Shown here in pieces: positions 6,850-15,234 of a DNA stretch of 32,000 nt; position 1 is the first letter of the stretch; each line of letters begins with the position of its first letter. A program made the position numbers and the translations under genes. Below the pieces are notes generated by a model that was given only the letters and a program-made list of their open reading frames with translations, did not search any database and had not been told where the DNA came from. This DNA is from an uncultured Cytophagales bacterium (GTDB lineage: Bacteria; Bacteroidota; Bacteroidia; Cytophagales; Cyclobacteriaceae). The DNA is taken from positions 5,119-37,118 of the forward strand of contig CAWBCB010000152.1 of the NCBI GenBank assembly GCA_963787095.1. Direction: 5' to 3'.

Positions 6850-7413
6850 ATGGAAGGAAAACCACCTAAGAAAAAGAAGAAACCGGGTAGGGGACGAGAG
6901 ACCTTGTTTCGCTCGGCCTATCAAAACCAAAGCAACCTGATTCAAATGGCTGATAATAAAGCGAACATCATTATCAGTATCAACACCATGATCATCTCTT
7001 CCATTATTGCCATTACGGGTTACGGTGCAGTGGCCGGTAAAATAGATACCTATGAGGCAAGTGTAATGGTACCTATTGTAATGATCATTCTTTCCTGCCT
7101 GGTCTCTGTAATTTTTGCCATCCAGGCAGCACGCCCTAAATTAATTCAGGCGAAAGCCGAAGGCGGTGAAATGCAAAAGTCAAGTTTACTTTTTTTTGGT
7201 GTGATATCGCGACACTCCCAACAAGACTATCTGACTAAAATGAAAGACCTGCTAGACTCGGATACCGATTTGTATGAACACATGACTATCGACTTGCACA
7301 ATCAAGGGAAAATTTTGAAACGCAAATACAACTTGCTGGCCTATGCCTATCAGGTATTTATGTTTGGGTTTATCTTTAGTGTGTTGGTGTTTTTAGGGTT
7401 TCTTGCTTTTTAG
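6850..7413 (+). CDS. DUF5706 / PycTM-like (Pycsar-effector-type) membrane protein, stand-alone
   Basis: 187 aa. A Lys-rich N-terminus is followed by ETLFRSAYQNQSNLIQMADNKANIIISINTMIISS and hydrophobic helices (about 45-70, 75-100 and the C-terminal 165-187). It also carries the KRKYNLLAYAYQVFMFGF signature. I recognise this pattern as the membrane module fused to HD domains in Bacteroidota and found as the PycTM effector (Pfam PF18967). Confidence 0.85.
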   Translation: MEGKPPKKKKKPGRGRETLFRSAYQNQSNLIQMADNKANIIISINTMIISSIIAITGYGAVAGKIDTYEASVMVPIVMIILSCLVSVIFAIQAARPKLIQAKAEGGEMQKSSLLFFGVISRHSQQDYLTKMKDLLDSDTDLYEHMTIDLHNQGKILKRKYNLLAYAYQVFMFGFIFSVLVFLGFLAF

Positions 7414-7427
7414 AAACTGGAAACATT

Positions 7428-8507
7428 TCAAAACTGATAAACAACGGCATTGATATTCATACCGGCACCTACCGAAGCAAATACAATTTTTTCGCCTGAA
7501 TGGATAACCTGATTCTTTCATTTGTCTTTTTCAACATCAGATCGAGCAAGGTAGGGATGGTGGCCACAGAACTATTGCCTAACCACGAAATGCTCATGGG
7601 CATAATGCTCGGATTGGTAAATTCCAGATCATATAATTTAAAGAGTCGTTGCACAATGGCTTCGTCCATCTTTTCGTTGGCCTGATGGATAAGGATTTTG
7701 CTGATCTCTGAAAGGTGGGTATTGGCTTTGTCGAGTGCCAGCTTCACTACGTGGGGCACGTAGGTTAAAGCAAACTCATACAACTTACGACCATTCATTT
7801 TTATATAAAGATCACTGCTGCCATGCTGGATGTCGTAGCTGATGATCCATGTTTAGCAAATGCGCATGCTCAAGGGTATGGGTTTGAGTTTTATGAGCCA
7901 GAATTCCTTCGCTTCCTGTCCTTCCTTCTAAAATAACGGCCCCGGCACCATCTGCATAAATCATAGAATCGCGATCGTGTGGATCAATGATGCGCGATAA
8001 TGTTTCCGCGCCAATAATTAAGCAGCGCTTGGCATCTCCCGATTTAATGAAATAGTTTGCCTGGATAACACCTTCCAGCCAACCAGGACAACCAAATGGA
8101 AGATCGTACGCAACACAATCTGGATTTTTTATTTGTAACAAATATTTTATCCGCGAGGCTAATGTGGGCACCATATCCACGCGATTGCTATTATGAGCAA
8201 CATCTCCAAAGTTGTGTGCTACAATTAAATAATCAATAGTTTCTTTGTCTATGCCTGAACTTTCGAATGCTTGTAAAGCAGCCAGATAGCCAAGGTCTGA
8301 TGCTTTTTGTTCGGGTAACGCATAGCACCGATCTTCAATCCCTGTTATGGATTTGAATTTTTCAACAATAGTCTTAACATCCTTAGTAATGGGAGATCCA
8401 TTCTTCTCAAAAAAGGTATGATTAAGAAAATGAGCGTTGTTAATTTTTATTTCTGGGATGTGACAGCCCGAAGCGACAATAACAGATTGAATAGAATGAT
8501 TCTGCAT
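7428..8507 (-). pseudogene. FabH-like 3-oxoacyl-ACP synthase III (KAS III family) with two compensating frame shifts
   Basis: Three frame segments together reconstitute a 360-codon KAS III. The N-terminal part (8507-~7850) has the active-site Cys context DLPFGCPGW. The middle part (~7850-~7520, other frame) has HQANEKM and GNSSVATIP. The C-terminal part (~7517-7428, back in the first frame) reads KNQVIHSGEKIVFASVGAGMNINAVVYQF*. The span of 1080 nt is divisible by 3. Confidence 0.85.
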
Positions 8508-8676
8508 GCGTTACAGATCGGATTTTAGTTAGGTGGCACGAATGTACTTTTCCAACTATCATGGTACAACTATTTCAAATAAATCCTTTAAACAATGAAC
8601 GCTCGTAAGTAAACTGAAATCTCCTTTTATCTTAGCTCAATTTTTTCAATCTTCCTGAAATTTAGAAGCTACCTCA

Positions 8677-9633
8677 ATGAGTGTAACATTAGATAAACTG
8701 TTAGGCATCGATTACCCCGTAATTGTGGCCCCTATGTTTTTGATCTCCAATACGAAGATGATTAAGGCTGCGCTGGCCAATGGAGTGACCGCTGCTTTCC
8801 CCGCGTTGAATTATCGCACCGATGAAGAGCTTAGGGCAGCCATTGCTGAGATCAAATCGGCTACCGATAAACCCTTTGGTGTCAACCTGATTGTTAATAA
8901 ATCAAACCCAAAATATAAAGGGCAATTAGAAACACTTCTTGAATTAAAAGTAGGGTTCATTATTACTTCCCTGGGTAATCCGTTTGAGGTGATTGAAAAA
9001 TGTAAACCATTGGGAATTAAAGTGTTTTGCGATGTGGTGGACTTAGCGTACGCAAAAAAGGTTGAAAGCCAGGGGGCAGATGCCGTGATCGCAGTCAATA
9101 ATCGTGCAGGGGGTCATGCCGGAAAGCTATCGCCCAAAGAGTTGGTAACACTCTTGAAAGAGAATTGTAACATCCCGGTAATTTCTGCCGGGGGCATAGC
9201 CCATGGCAAAGATTTAAAAGAAGCAATGAGTTGGGGGGCTGCAGGGGCATCGATAGGCACCATCTTTATTGCGTGTGAAGAAGCGGATATTTCACAAGAG
9301 TATAAACAAGCCATGATTGATTATGGGGAGAAAGACATAGTGATGACTACAAAGTTATCAGGCTCGGCACTCACCGTGATCAATACACCGTATGTGCAAC
9401 AATTGGGTACGAAAGCGAATTGGTTGGAGCGCATTCTCAATAACAATAAAACATTGAAGAAGTATGCCAAAATGATTATTGCTTACCGCGGAATGAAGCA
9501 AGTGGAAAACGCTGCTTTTGGAGCTACCTATAAAACAGTGTGGTGTGCAGGTCCGGCTATTGAACATGTTCACAGCGTTCGACCGATGGCAGAGATTATA
9601 AAAACGTTGACACAAGAATATGATGCGGCATGA
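8677..9633 (+). CDS. nitronate monooxygenase / FabK-like NAD(P)H-dependent flavin oxidoreductase family protein
   Basis: 318 aa. TIM-barrel NMO pattern: YPVIVAPMFLISN, GVNLIV, GADAVIAVNNRAGGH, PVISAGGIAHGKD. Confidence 0.88.
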   Translation: MSVTLDKLLGIDYPVIVAPMFLISNTKMIKAALANGVTAAFPALNYRTDEELRAAIAEIKSATDKPFGVNLIVNKSNPKYKGQLETLLELKVGFIITSLGNPFEVIEKCKPLGIKVFCDVVDLAYAKKVESQGADAVIAVNNRAGGHAGKLSPKELVTLLKENCNIPVISAGGIAHGKDLKEAMSWGAAGASIGTIFIACEEADISQEYKQAMIDYGEKDIVMTTKLSGSALTVINTPYVQQLGTKANWLERILNNNKTLKKYAKMIIAYRGMKQVENAAFGATYKTVWCAGPAIEHVHSVRPMAEIIKTLTQEYDAA

Positions 9634-10388
9634 TGAACGAAAAAGATCACTGGAATAGAATAGCACCTACTTACAATGATGAGATTTTTGATGTGTTCAA
9701 CAATGATAAATATAAGAAGCTTCCCAGGTACTTTAAGAAACACGGAGGCTTAAGCAAAGCAGCCATTGACTTTGGGTGTGGCAATGGAAAATCATTTCCC
9801 TATATCGCTCCACTCTTTAAAAAGATACTTGCACTCGATATTTCAAAAGGATTACTGAAGCAGGCAGAACAACGCGGGTTCAAAAATATAACCTTAAAGC
9901 AAGCTGATTTAACAAAAAAGAAACTCGTTTTACCTAAAGCTGATTTTGCGTTTTGTTGTAACGTAATCATGTTCCCCGTTCTTGAGAAGAATTATCAAAT
10001 GATTGATAATGTTTATCAATCCTTGAAGCCAGGCGGAACAGCGTTACTGGTACTGCCCTCACTCGACTCGGCCATATTTTCTGCCTTGCGAATGATAGAT
10101 GTATATAGAAAGGAAGGCGTTCAGCCTCAAGATATTCCGAAGAGCGAGTTTGATTATTTCAAAGCCAACAAACTTGATTTAATTCAAGGCCTCATTCATA
10201 TTGACGGGGTACCAACAAAGCATTACAGTGAGTCTGAAATTAAAGTGGTCTTCAGAGATTCCGGATTTACAGTTACCGCTGTGGATAAACTGGAGTATGA
10301 TTGGCATACAGAGATGACTTCACCGCCTAAATGGCTTAAAGATCCTTACCCGTGGGATTGGCTGGTGGAGTTGAGAAAACCTAAATGA
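9630..10388 (+). CDS. class I SAM-dependent methyltransferase
   Basis: 252 aa. Motif I is IDFGCGNGK and the post-I/II region reads LKPGGTALLV. The start overlaps the upstream stop (ATGA, 9630-9633), implying co-transcription. Confidence 0.88.
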   Translation: MMNEKDHWNRIAPTYNDEIFDVFNNDKYKKLPRYFKKHGGLSKAAIDFGCGNGKSFPYIAPLFKKILALDISKGLLKQAEQRGFKNITLKQADLTKKKLVLPKADFAFCCNVIMFPVLEKNYQMIDNVYQSLKPGGTALLVLPSLDSAIFSALRMIDVYRKEGVQPQDIPKSEFDYFKANKLDLIQGLIHIDGVPTKHYSESEIKVVFRDSGFTVTAVDKLEYDWHTEMTSPPKWLKDPYPWDWLVELRKPK

Positions 10389-10466
10389 TTTGTAAGGAAG
10401 TCTAACAACTTAGTCTTTTCATTTTTTACCTTTGAGAATTCACATTAAATTCTAATCAACAACTTT

Positions 10467-12089
10467 ATGTCGGCTATTTTTAAAACCTTGTTACCTGCCT
10501 TCTTTCTAGTAATCTTTTTTCAATCGTGTATGGAAAAAGAATCAACAACGGATTTGACTAAGCAAAGCTTAATCCCTAAACCGGTTAGTGTTATTGCTAC
10601 CGGTAAACGATTTGTGTTAACAAAAGAATCGGTAATATATGTTGAAGAGGGGAACGGAGAATTAGTTTCCGTTGCGCAAAGACTTGCTTCTCAACTGAAC
10701 GCATCTACAGGGTTTACAAATAAAATTGAAACTGTATCATCTCCACCTAAAGCTGGTTTCTATTTAGTATCTGGTGTTGAAGATCAGGAATTAGGAACGG
10801 AGGGGTACGAACTTATTGTTGAGAAAGAATTGATTACCCTTCGGGCAGCCCAACCAATGGGTGTTTTTAGAGGTGCCCAAACCCTGACACAACTTGTTAC
10901 GAGTGGTGAAGGCGACACGCAAAATCTTTGGTCGATTGCAACGGGTTCAATTCGCGATTACCCCACCTATGCATGGCGGGGATCTATGCTTGATGTGGCT
11001 CGTCATTTTTTTAGTGTGGATGATGTGAAGCGTTACATTGATTTGATCAGCTATTATAAGATGAATATTCTGCACCTGCATTTAAGTGATGATCAGGGCT
11101 GGCGCATTGAAATCAAATCGTGGCCTAACTTGGCATTGCATGGTGGCAAGACACAAGTAGGAGGTGGCACGGGCGGATACTATACACAAGAGCAATACAA
11201 AGACATTGTTGCCTATGCGGCTAGCCGGTATATTACGATTGTTCCTGAAATCGATTTACCAGGTCATATCAATTCTGCGTTAGCTTCCTATGGAGAATTA
11301 AATGGTGGAATCAAGTTTCCTTTAGAAGGTGGATATAATAGTCCAACAGAAACACAAGAAGTATTGGGTGGTAAAAACAAACCTACACAGTTATATACTG
11401 GAATAGAGGTTGGATGGAGTACACTTTATCTGGATAAACCTGAGACCTTCAAATTTGTGAATGATGTAATTCGGGAGCTTGCCGAAATAACACCGGGTCC
11501 TTATTTACACATTGGGGGCGATGAAGCCCATGCTACTAAGAAGGAAGACTATATTGAATTCATCAATCGCTTTTCTGAGATTGTAAAAGCAAACGGGAAG
11601 AAGATGATTGGGTGGGAAGAAATTGCGCAAGCCAACATTGATCAAAATGCCATTGCCCAACATTGGGAAAACCCTAAGTATGCGCAAATGGCCGCGGACA
11701 AGGGGGCACAAATAATTATGTCGCCCTCCAAGCGTGTTTACATCGATATGCAATACGATTCTACTTCCCGGTTAGGATTGCATTGGGCAGCTTATATTGA
11801 AGTAGATGATGCATACAATTGGGATCCGGCAACCCAAGTGGATGGAATTGGCAAAGATCAAATACTAGGAGTGGAAACTCCCCTTTGGAGTGAAACGATC
11901 GTAACAATGGATGATATTGAATATATGTTATTCCCGCGCATGCCCGGGATCGCTGAAATAGCTTGGTCACCAGCAACCGGAAGAAGTTGGGATGAATATA
12001 AAGTACGTCTGGGAAATCATGCTCCGTTTATGAGAACCCGCGGAATTGATTTCTATCCTTCCACCAGAGTGAAGTGGGCTGAAAAATAA
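10467..12089 (+). CDS. beta-N-acetylhexosaminidase (GH20), lipoprotein
   Basis: 540 aa. Lipobox FFQSC. GH20 catalytic-domain hallmarks are present: RGSMLDVARHF, ILHLHLSDDQGWRIEI, HIGGDE, W..E. Confidence 0.94.
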   Translation: MSAIFKTLLPAFFLVIFFQSCMEKESTTDLTKQSLIPKPVSVIATGKRFVLTKESVIYVEEGNGELVSVAQRLASQLNASTGFTNKIETVSSPPKAGFYLVSGVEDQELGTEGYELIVEKELITLRAAQPMGVFRGAQTLTQLVTSGEGDTQNLWSIATGSIRDYPTYAWRGSMLDVARHFFSVDDVKRYIDLISYYKMNILHLHLSDDQGWRIEIKSWPNLALHGGKTQVGGGTGGYYTQEQYKDIVAYAASRYITIVPEIDLPGHINSALASYGELNGGIKFPLEGGYNSPTETQEVLGGKNKPTQLYTGIEVGWSTLYLDKPETFKFVNDVIRELAEITPGPYLHIGGDEAHATKKEDYIEFINRFSEIVKANGKKMIGWEEIAQANIDQNAIAQHWENPKYAQMAADKGAQIIMSPSKRVYIDMQYDSTSRLGLHWAAYIEVDDAYNWDPATQVDGIGKDQILGVETPLWSETIVTMDDIEYMLFPRMPGIAEIAWSPATGRSWDEYKVRLGNHAPFMRTRGIDFYPSTRVKWAEK

Positions 12090-12252
12090 AAGCCCTAGGA
12101 ATTAAATCTTGTTTAAATAGTATGTCTGTGTCATGCGCATGTTTTATTATCCATTTAGTGCGATCATGATCATATTTCGGATTGACAAATATCATCTTTA
12201 ATGAAAGGATGTTGAATAACTTTGCTGGTGAATAAATAAACAATTCCATAGA

Positions 12253-12798
12253 ATGCAGTCGATCATTAGAAAATCGTTCCTAGGTGTTTTTTTCGTATGG
12301 ATAGTATCAAGTTGTTCCATCCAGGTAAAAGAAACATACGACCATCAGGTGGATTTTAGCAAGTACAAAACATTCTGCTGGATGAATGGGTGCGAATTTA
12401 AATTTGAAGGCCCATCCTACTTAAATGATAGTTTATTGAGAGAAAATTTAAAGACGTCAATCGTCCGCGAACTTGAGCAAAAAGGACTGATACAAAATAC
12501 TGACAATCCTGATTTGTTAATAGGTTTTACGATTACAGTAAATGATGAACAAGCAATCATTTATCATCGGTCTGAAGACTCACCCGTTTATTACAAACCC
12601 TTGGAGTCAGACCGGGAAATTATAAACTATTTGAAAGGCTCGCTTATTATTGGCATGGCAGATAATGCCGAAAGCCGAATGGTTTGGCAATCGCATGCAA
12701 TTGGATACATGGACTTAAATCCAGATTTATCCGAGAAGAATATCAGAAAGGGAATTAAGATGGTCTTAAAGAATTTTCCTCCTAAGCAACCTAAATAA
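12253..12798 (+). CDS. DUF4136-family lipoprotein
   Basis: 181 aa. Lipobox VSSCS. DFSKYKTFCW near the N-terminus and GSLIIGMADNAESRMVWQS near the C-terminus are typical of DUF4136. Confidence 0.82.
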   Translation: MQSIIRKSFLGVFFVWIVSSCSIQVKETYDHQVDFSKYKTFCWMNGCEFKFEGPSYLNDSLLRENLKTSIVRELEQKGLIQNTDNPDLLIGFTITVNDEQAIIYHRSEDSPVYYKPLESDREIINYLKGSLIIGMADNAESRMVWQSHAIGYMDLNPDLSEKNIRKGIKMVLKNFPPKQPK

Positions 12799-13031
12799 TA
12801 CGAATTGTCTATTATTTGGATTTTGATTCCATCAATGGAATTTACCATTGGTAAAAACCAGCCGGTTCGATTGGTCCCTCTAGCGTGAGAAATGAATCTT
12901 GAAAATCGGAATTCATTAGATCAGGATTATCGATTGCCTTGTGTGCCACGTAACTTAAATCCTTTGCCTTTTAAAATTAAAAATCAAATAGAGGTTCTTT
13001 GTGTATGGAAGTTAATATTTAAATTTCCACA

Positions 13032-13553
13032 ATGAATGAAATAACATCGGTGTCGCTGGAAGGAACCAGAGAATCTGTATTCGAATCAATTAGTAAATAC
13101 TTATCTAATGCAGGATTTGTAATCGCAACCAAGGATTTCACCCGACCTTGGGGTGGCTTTTTTGTTTTGGAAGAAAGTCAGGCAGAGAAGTTTGCTCATA
13201 AGTTTTTTGAAGAAGTAGACTTTAATTCACTCAAGATCAGCGATAAGCTAAGCCCTAAGATATTAGTAGTAGAGCCCAATAAGCGACTATCGTGGCAATA
13301 CCATCACAGGCGTGCAGAAATCTGGAAACTGGTAGCAGGCACTTCGGGCGTTGTCATTAGCAAAACGGATGAACAAGGCGATGTTCAGCAAATGAAACCA
13401 GGAGAGATTGTTCGTTTGGTACAAGGTCAGCGCCATCGACTGGTAGGGCGTGATGGGTGGGGCATGGTGGCCGAGATCTGGCAACATACGGACGCAGAGA
13501 ATCCGTCTGATGAAAATGATATTGTAAGATTGCAAGATGATTTTGGAAGGTAA
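13032..13553 (+). CDS. cupin-fold protein, mannose-6-phosphate isomerase type II C-terminal-domain-like
   Basis: 173 aa. RPWGGFFVLEE, KILVVEPNKRLSWQYHHRRAEIW and GQRHRL match the ManC-type cupin signature. Confidence 0.82.
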   Translation: MNEITSVSLEGTRESVFESISKYLSNAGFVIATKDFTRPWGGFFVLEESQAEKFAHKFFEEVDFNSLKISDKLSPKILVVEPNKRLSWQYHHRRAEIWKLVAGTSGVVISKTDEQGDVQQMKPGEIVRLVQGQRHRLVGRDGWGMVAEIWQHTDAENPSDENDIVRLQDDFGR

Positions 13554-13575
13554 ATATTTGTAGCCCCAATCCTGA

Positions 13576-15072
13576 ATGCTAATTAGAATCCTTCTCATAA
13601 TTATTGTTTTAACTATATTTTCTGAATGTAAAAATTCAGAAAGTGTAAATGATCAATCGGAGCAAAACTTTTACACTCAAACAACAAATCGAGTTGCAGC
13701 CGAATGGGAGCCTGCAGTGGGCACGATGATCGTATGGCCCCTCAGTATTCCTTACAAACTTGTTGTTGAGTTGGCAAAGGATAATCAATTAGTAACAATG
13801 GTTGAAAATGAAACTTCAAAGCGGGAAGCTATCGCATGGTACACGAAATGGGGCATCGACTCGACTAAGACAACATTCATTTATGCTCCGCAAGGTATTG
13901 ATTCGTGGTGGGTGCGTGATTGGGGACCAAGTGCAGTGTTCTCGCAAGATGGCAAAATGAGATTAGCCGATGGTAAATACATTTACTCAACTCCAGTGAC
14001 TGATCTTGATTGTAATGATTCACTGTACTTCATCTATCAAACTAAAGATCATGAAATCATAAAAACTGAAATAGATGATGATGCCACTGTGTTTATGGGT
14101 AAGGAATTAAACCAAGAGGTAGTTGATCTTCCTTTTATAAATACGGGTGGTAATGTGTTGACCGATGGTTTAGGCACTGCTTTTTCAACCTGCATTCTTC
14201 TGAATGAGAATAGATTTTTTGGAGTTACAGATGATAAATTCAAAACCCTCAATAAGGAGATGTTAGGTTTCGAACGCTACAACGTAATCTCCAATTTTGA
14301 GAAGCGAGGCATTCAGCACATTGATTGTTACATGAAACTGTTGGATGAAGAACGGATTCTAGTAGTTGAACCACCAAAGGATCATGAGCTATTTGATATC
14401 TATGAAAATATTATTAATCAGGAGTTATCCAAACTTAAAACTGCATACGGACGACCGTATCAAATACTTCGCATAAAGACTGATCGTTATTTGGAAAATG
14501 ATTTGGCTGCGTACACTAATTCAATAATTATTAATAAAACTATTTATGTGCCACTCTTCAAAATAGTAGAAGATCAGATCGCTCTGCAAAGATGGCAAGA
14601 GGTAATGCCAGGTTATACAATAAAAGGATTTGAGTTTGATTTAGCTGATGAACCAATTGTGACTCAGCAAATGAAAGATCATTATCGAACTAATTATGGC
14701 TGGGATAGTGGCGATGCGTTACATTGCAGAACCCGAGCCATTTGGGATGCTGAGATGTTATTTATCAGCGTGAAGCATGTTGATTCTGTAATTAATTCAT
14801 CAGCCAAAGCCAAAGTGTATGCGACTATTATCGACTATAGTAAAAAAGGACTTATGGAAGATCCGAAACTCCTTTGGAGATATTCTGGCGCAAGCGATTG
14901 GAATTCAATGTCACTTAAGCAATTAGAAGAAACTCATTATTTGGTGGAAATCCCGTATCAAAAATCAGGTGTAACAATTGAATACTATATTTCAGCTACT
15001 TCAAATTCTGGGAGAACTGAAACTCAGCCAAGAACAGCACCTAAAGGTTTATACAATTATTCAATCAAATAG
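13576..15072 (+). CDS. agmatine deiminase / Porphyromonas-type peptidyl-arginine deiminase family protein, predicted lipoprotein with a C-terminal extra domain
   Basis: 498 aa. Signal peptide with Cys (TIFSEC). PAD_porph motifs are present: AEWEP...IVWP, WWVRDWGP, GGNVLTDGLGT, HIDCYMKL, and the catalytic Cys context GDALHCRT. About 100 extra beta-rich C-terminal residues follow. Confidence 0.88.
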   Translation: MLIRILLIIIVLTIFSECKNSESVNDQSEQNFYTQTTNRVAAEWEPAVGTMIVWPLSIPYKLVVELAKDNQLVTMVENETSKREAIAWYTKWGIDSTKTTFIYAPQGIDSWWVRDWGPSAVFSQDGKMRLADGKYIYSTPVTDLDCNDSLYFIYQTKDHEIIKTEIDDDATVFMGKELNQEVVDLPFINTGGNVLTDGLGTAFSTCILLNENRFFGVTDDKFKTLNKEMLGFERYNVISNFEKRGIQHIDCYMKLLDEERILVVEPPKDHELFDIYENIINQELSKLKTAYGRPYQILRIKTDRYLENDLAAYTNSIIINKTIYVPLFKIVEDQIALQRWQEVMPGYTIKGFEFDLADEPIVTQQMKDHYRTNYGWDSGDALHCRTRAIWDAEMLFISVKHVDSVINSSAKAKVYATIIDYSKKGLMEDPKLLWRYSGASDWNSMSLKQLEETHYLVEIPYQKSGVTIEYYISATSNSGRTETQPRTAPKGLYNYSIK

Positions 15073-15234
15073 AATTACAAATAGAATTAGCTAAGGTTAC
15101 AGCATGCCCTATTTAGAACATACCTGTTCGTATGTGTACATACAAAAAAAAAAATCTTGTATTAAGGACTGAATTAACGGTTTTTTTAGATGGCATAGTT
15201 ATTACAAGGAGGTAGGCAACCGTAAACTTTGATT

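Noticed and set aside
5492-8507. Complete Pycsar defence system around the DUF5706 gene
   Set aside because: No nucleotide cyclase ORF is present on either side. Upstream is noncoding repeat DNA and downstream is a lipid-synthesis-type gene. Only an orphan effector-like gene can be supported.
8533-8550. Sigma-54 promoter-like TGGCACGAATGTACTT upstream of the NMO operon, plus a TGGCAT motif upstream of groES (minus strand, about 23796-23816)
   Set aside because: The -24 GG element is present, but the -12 TTGC/GC element is absent at the required spacing in both cases.
12860-12880. tRNA-like GGTTCGATT motif in the intergenic region
   Set aside because: The flanking bases cannot form a T-stem, and I could not draw an acceptor or anticodon arm. 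I see no tRNA.
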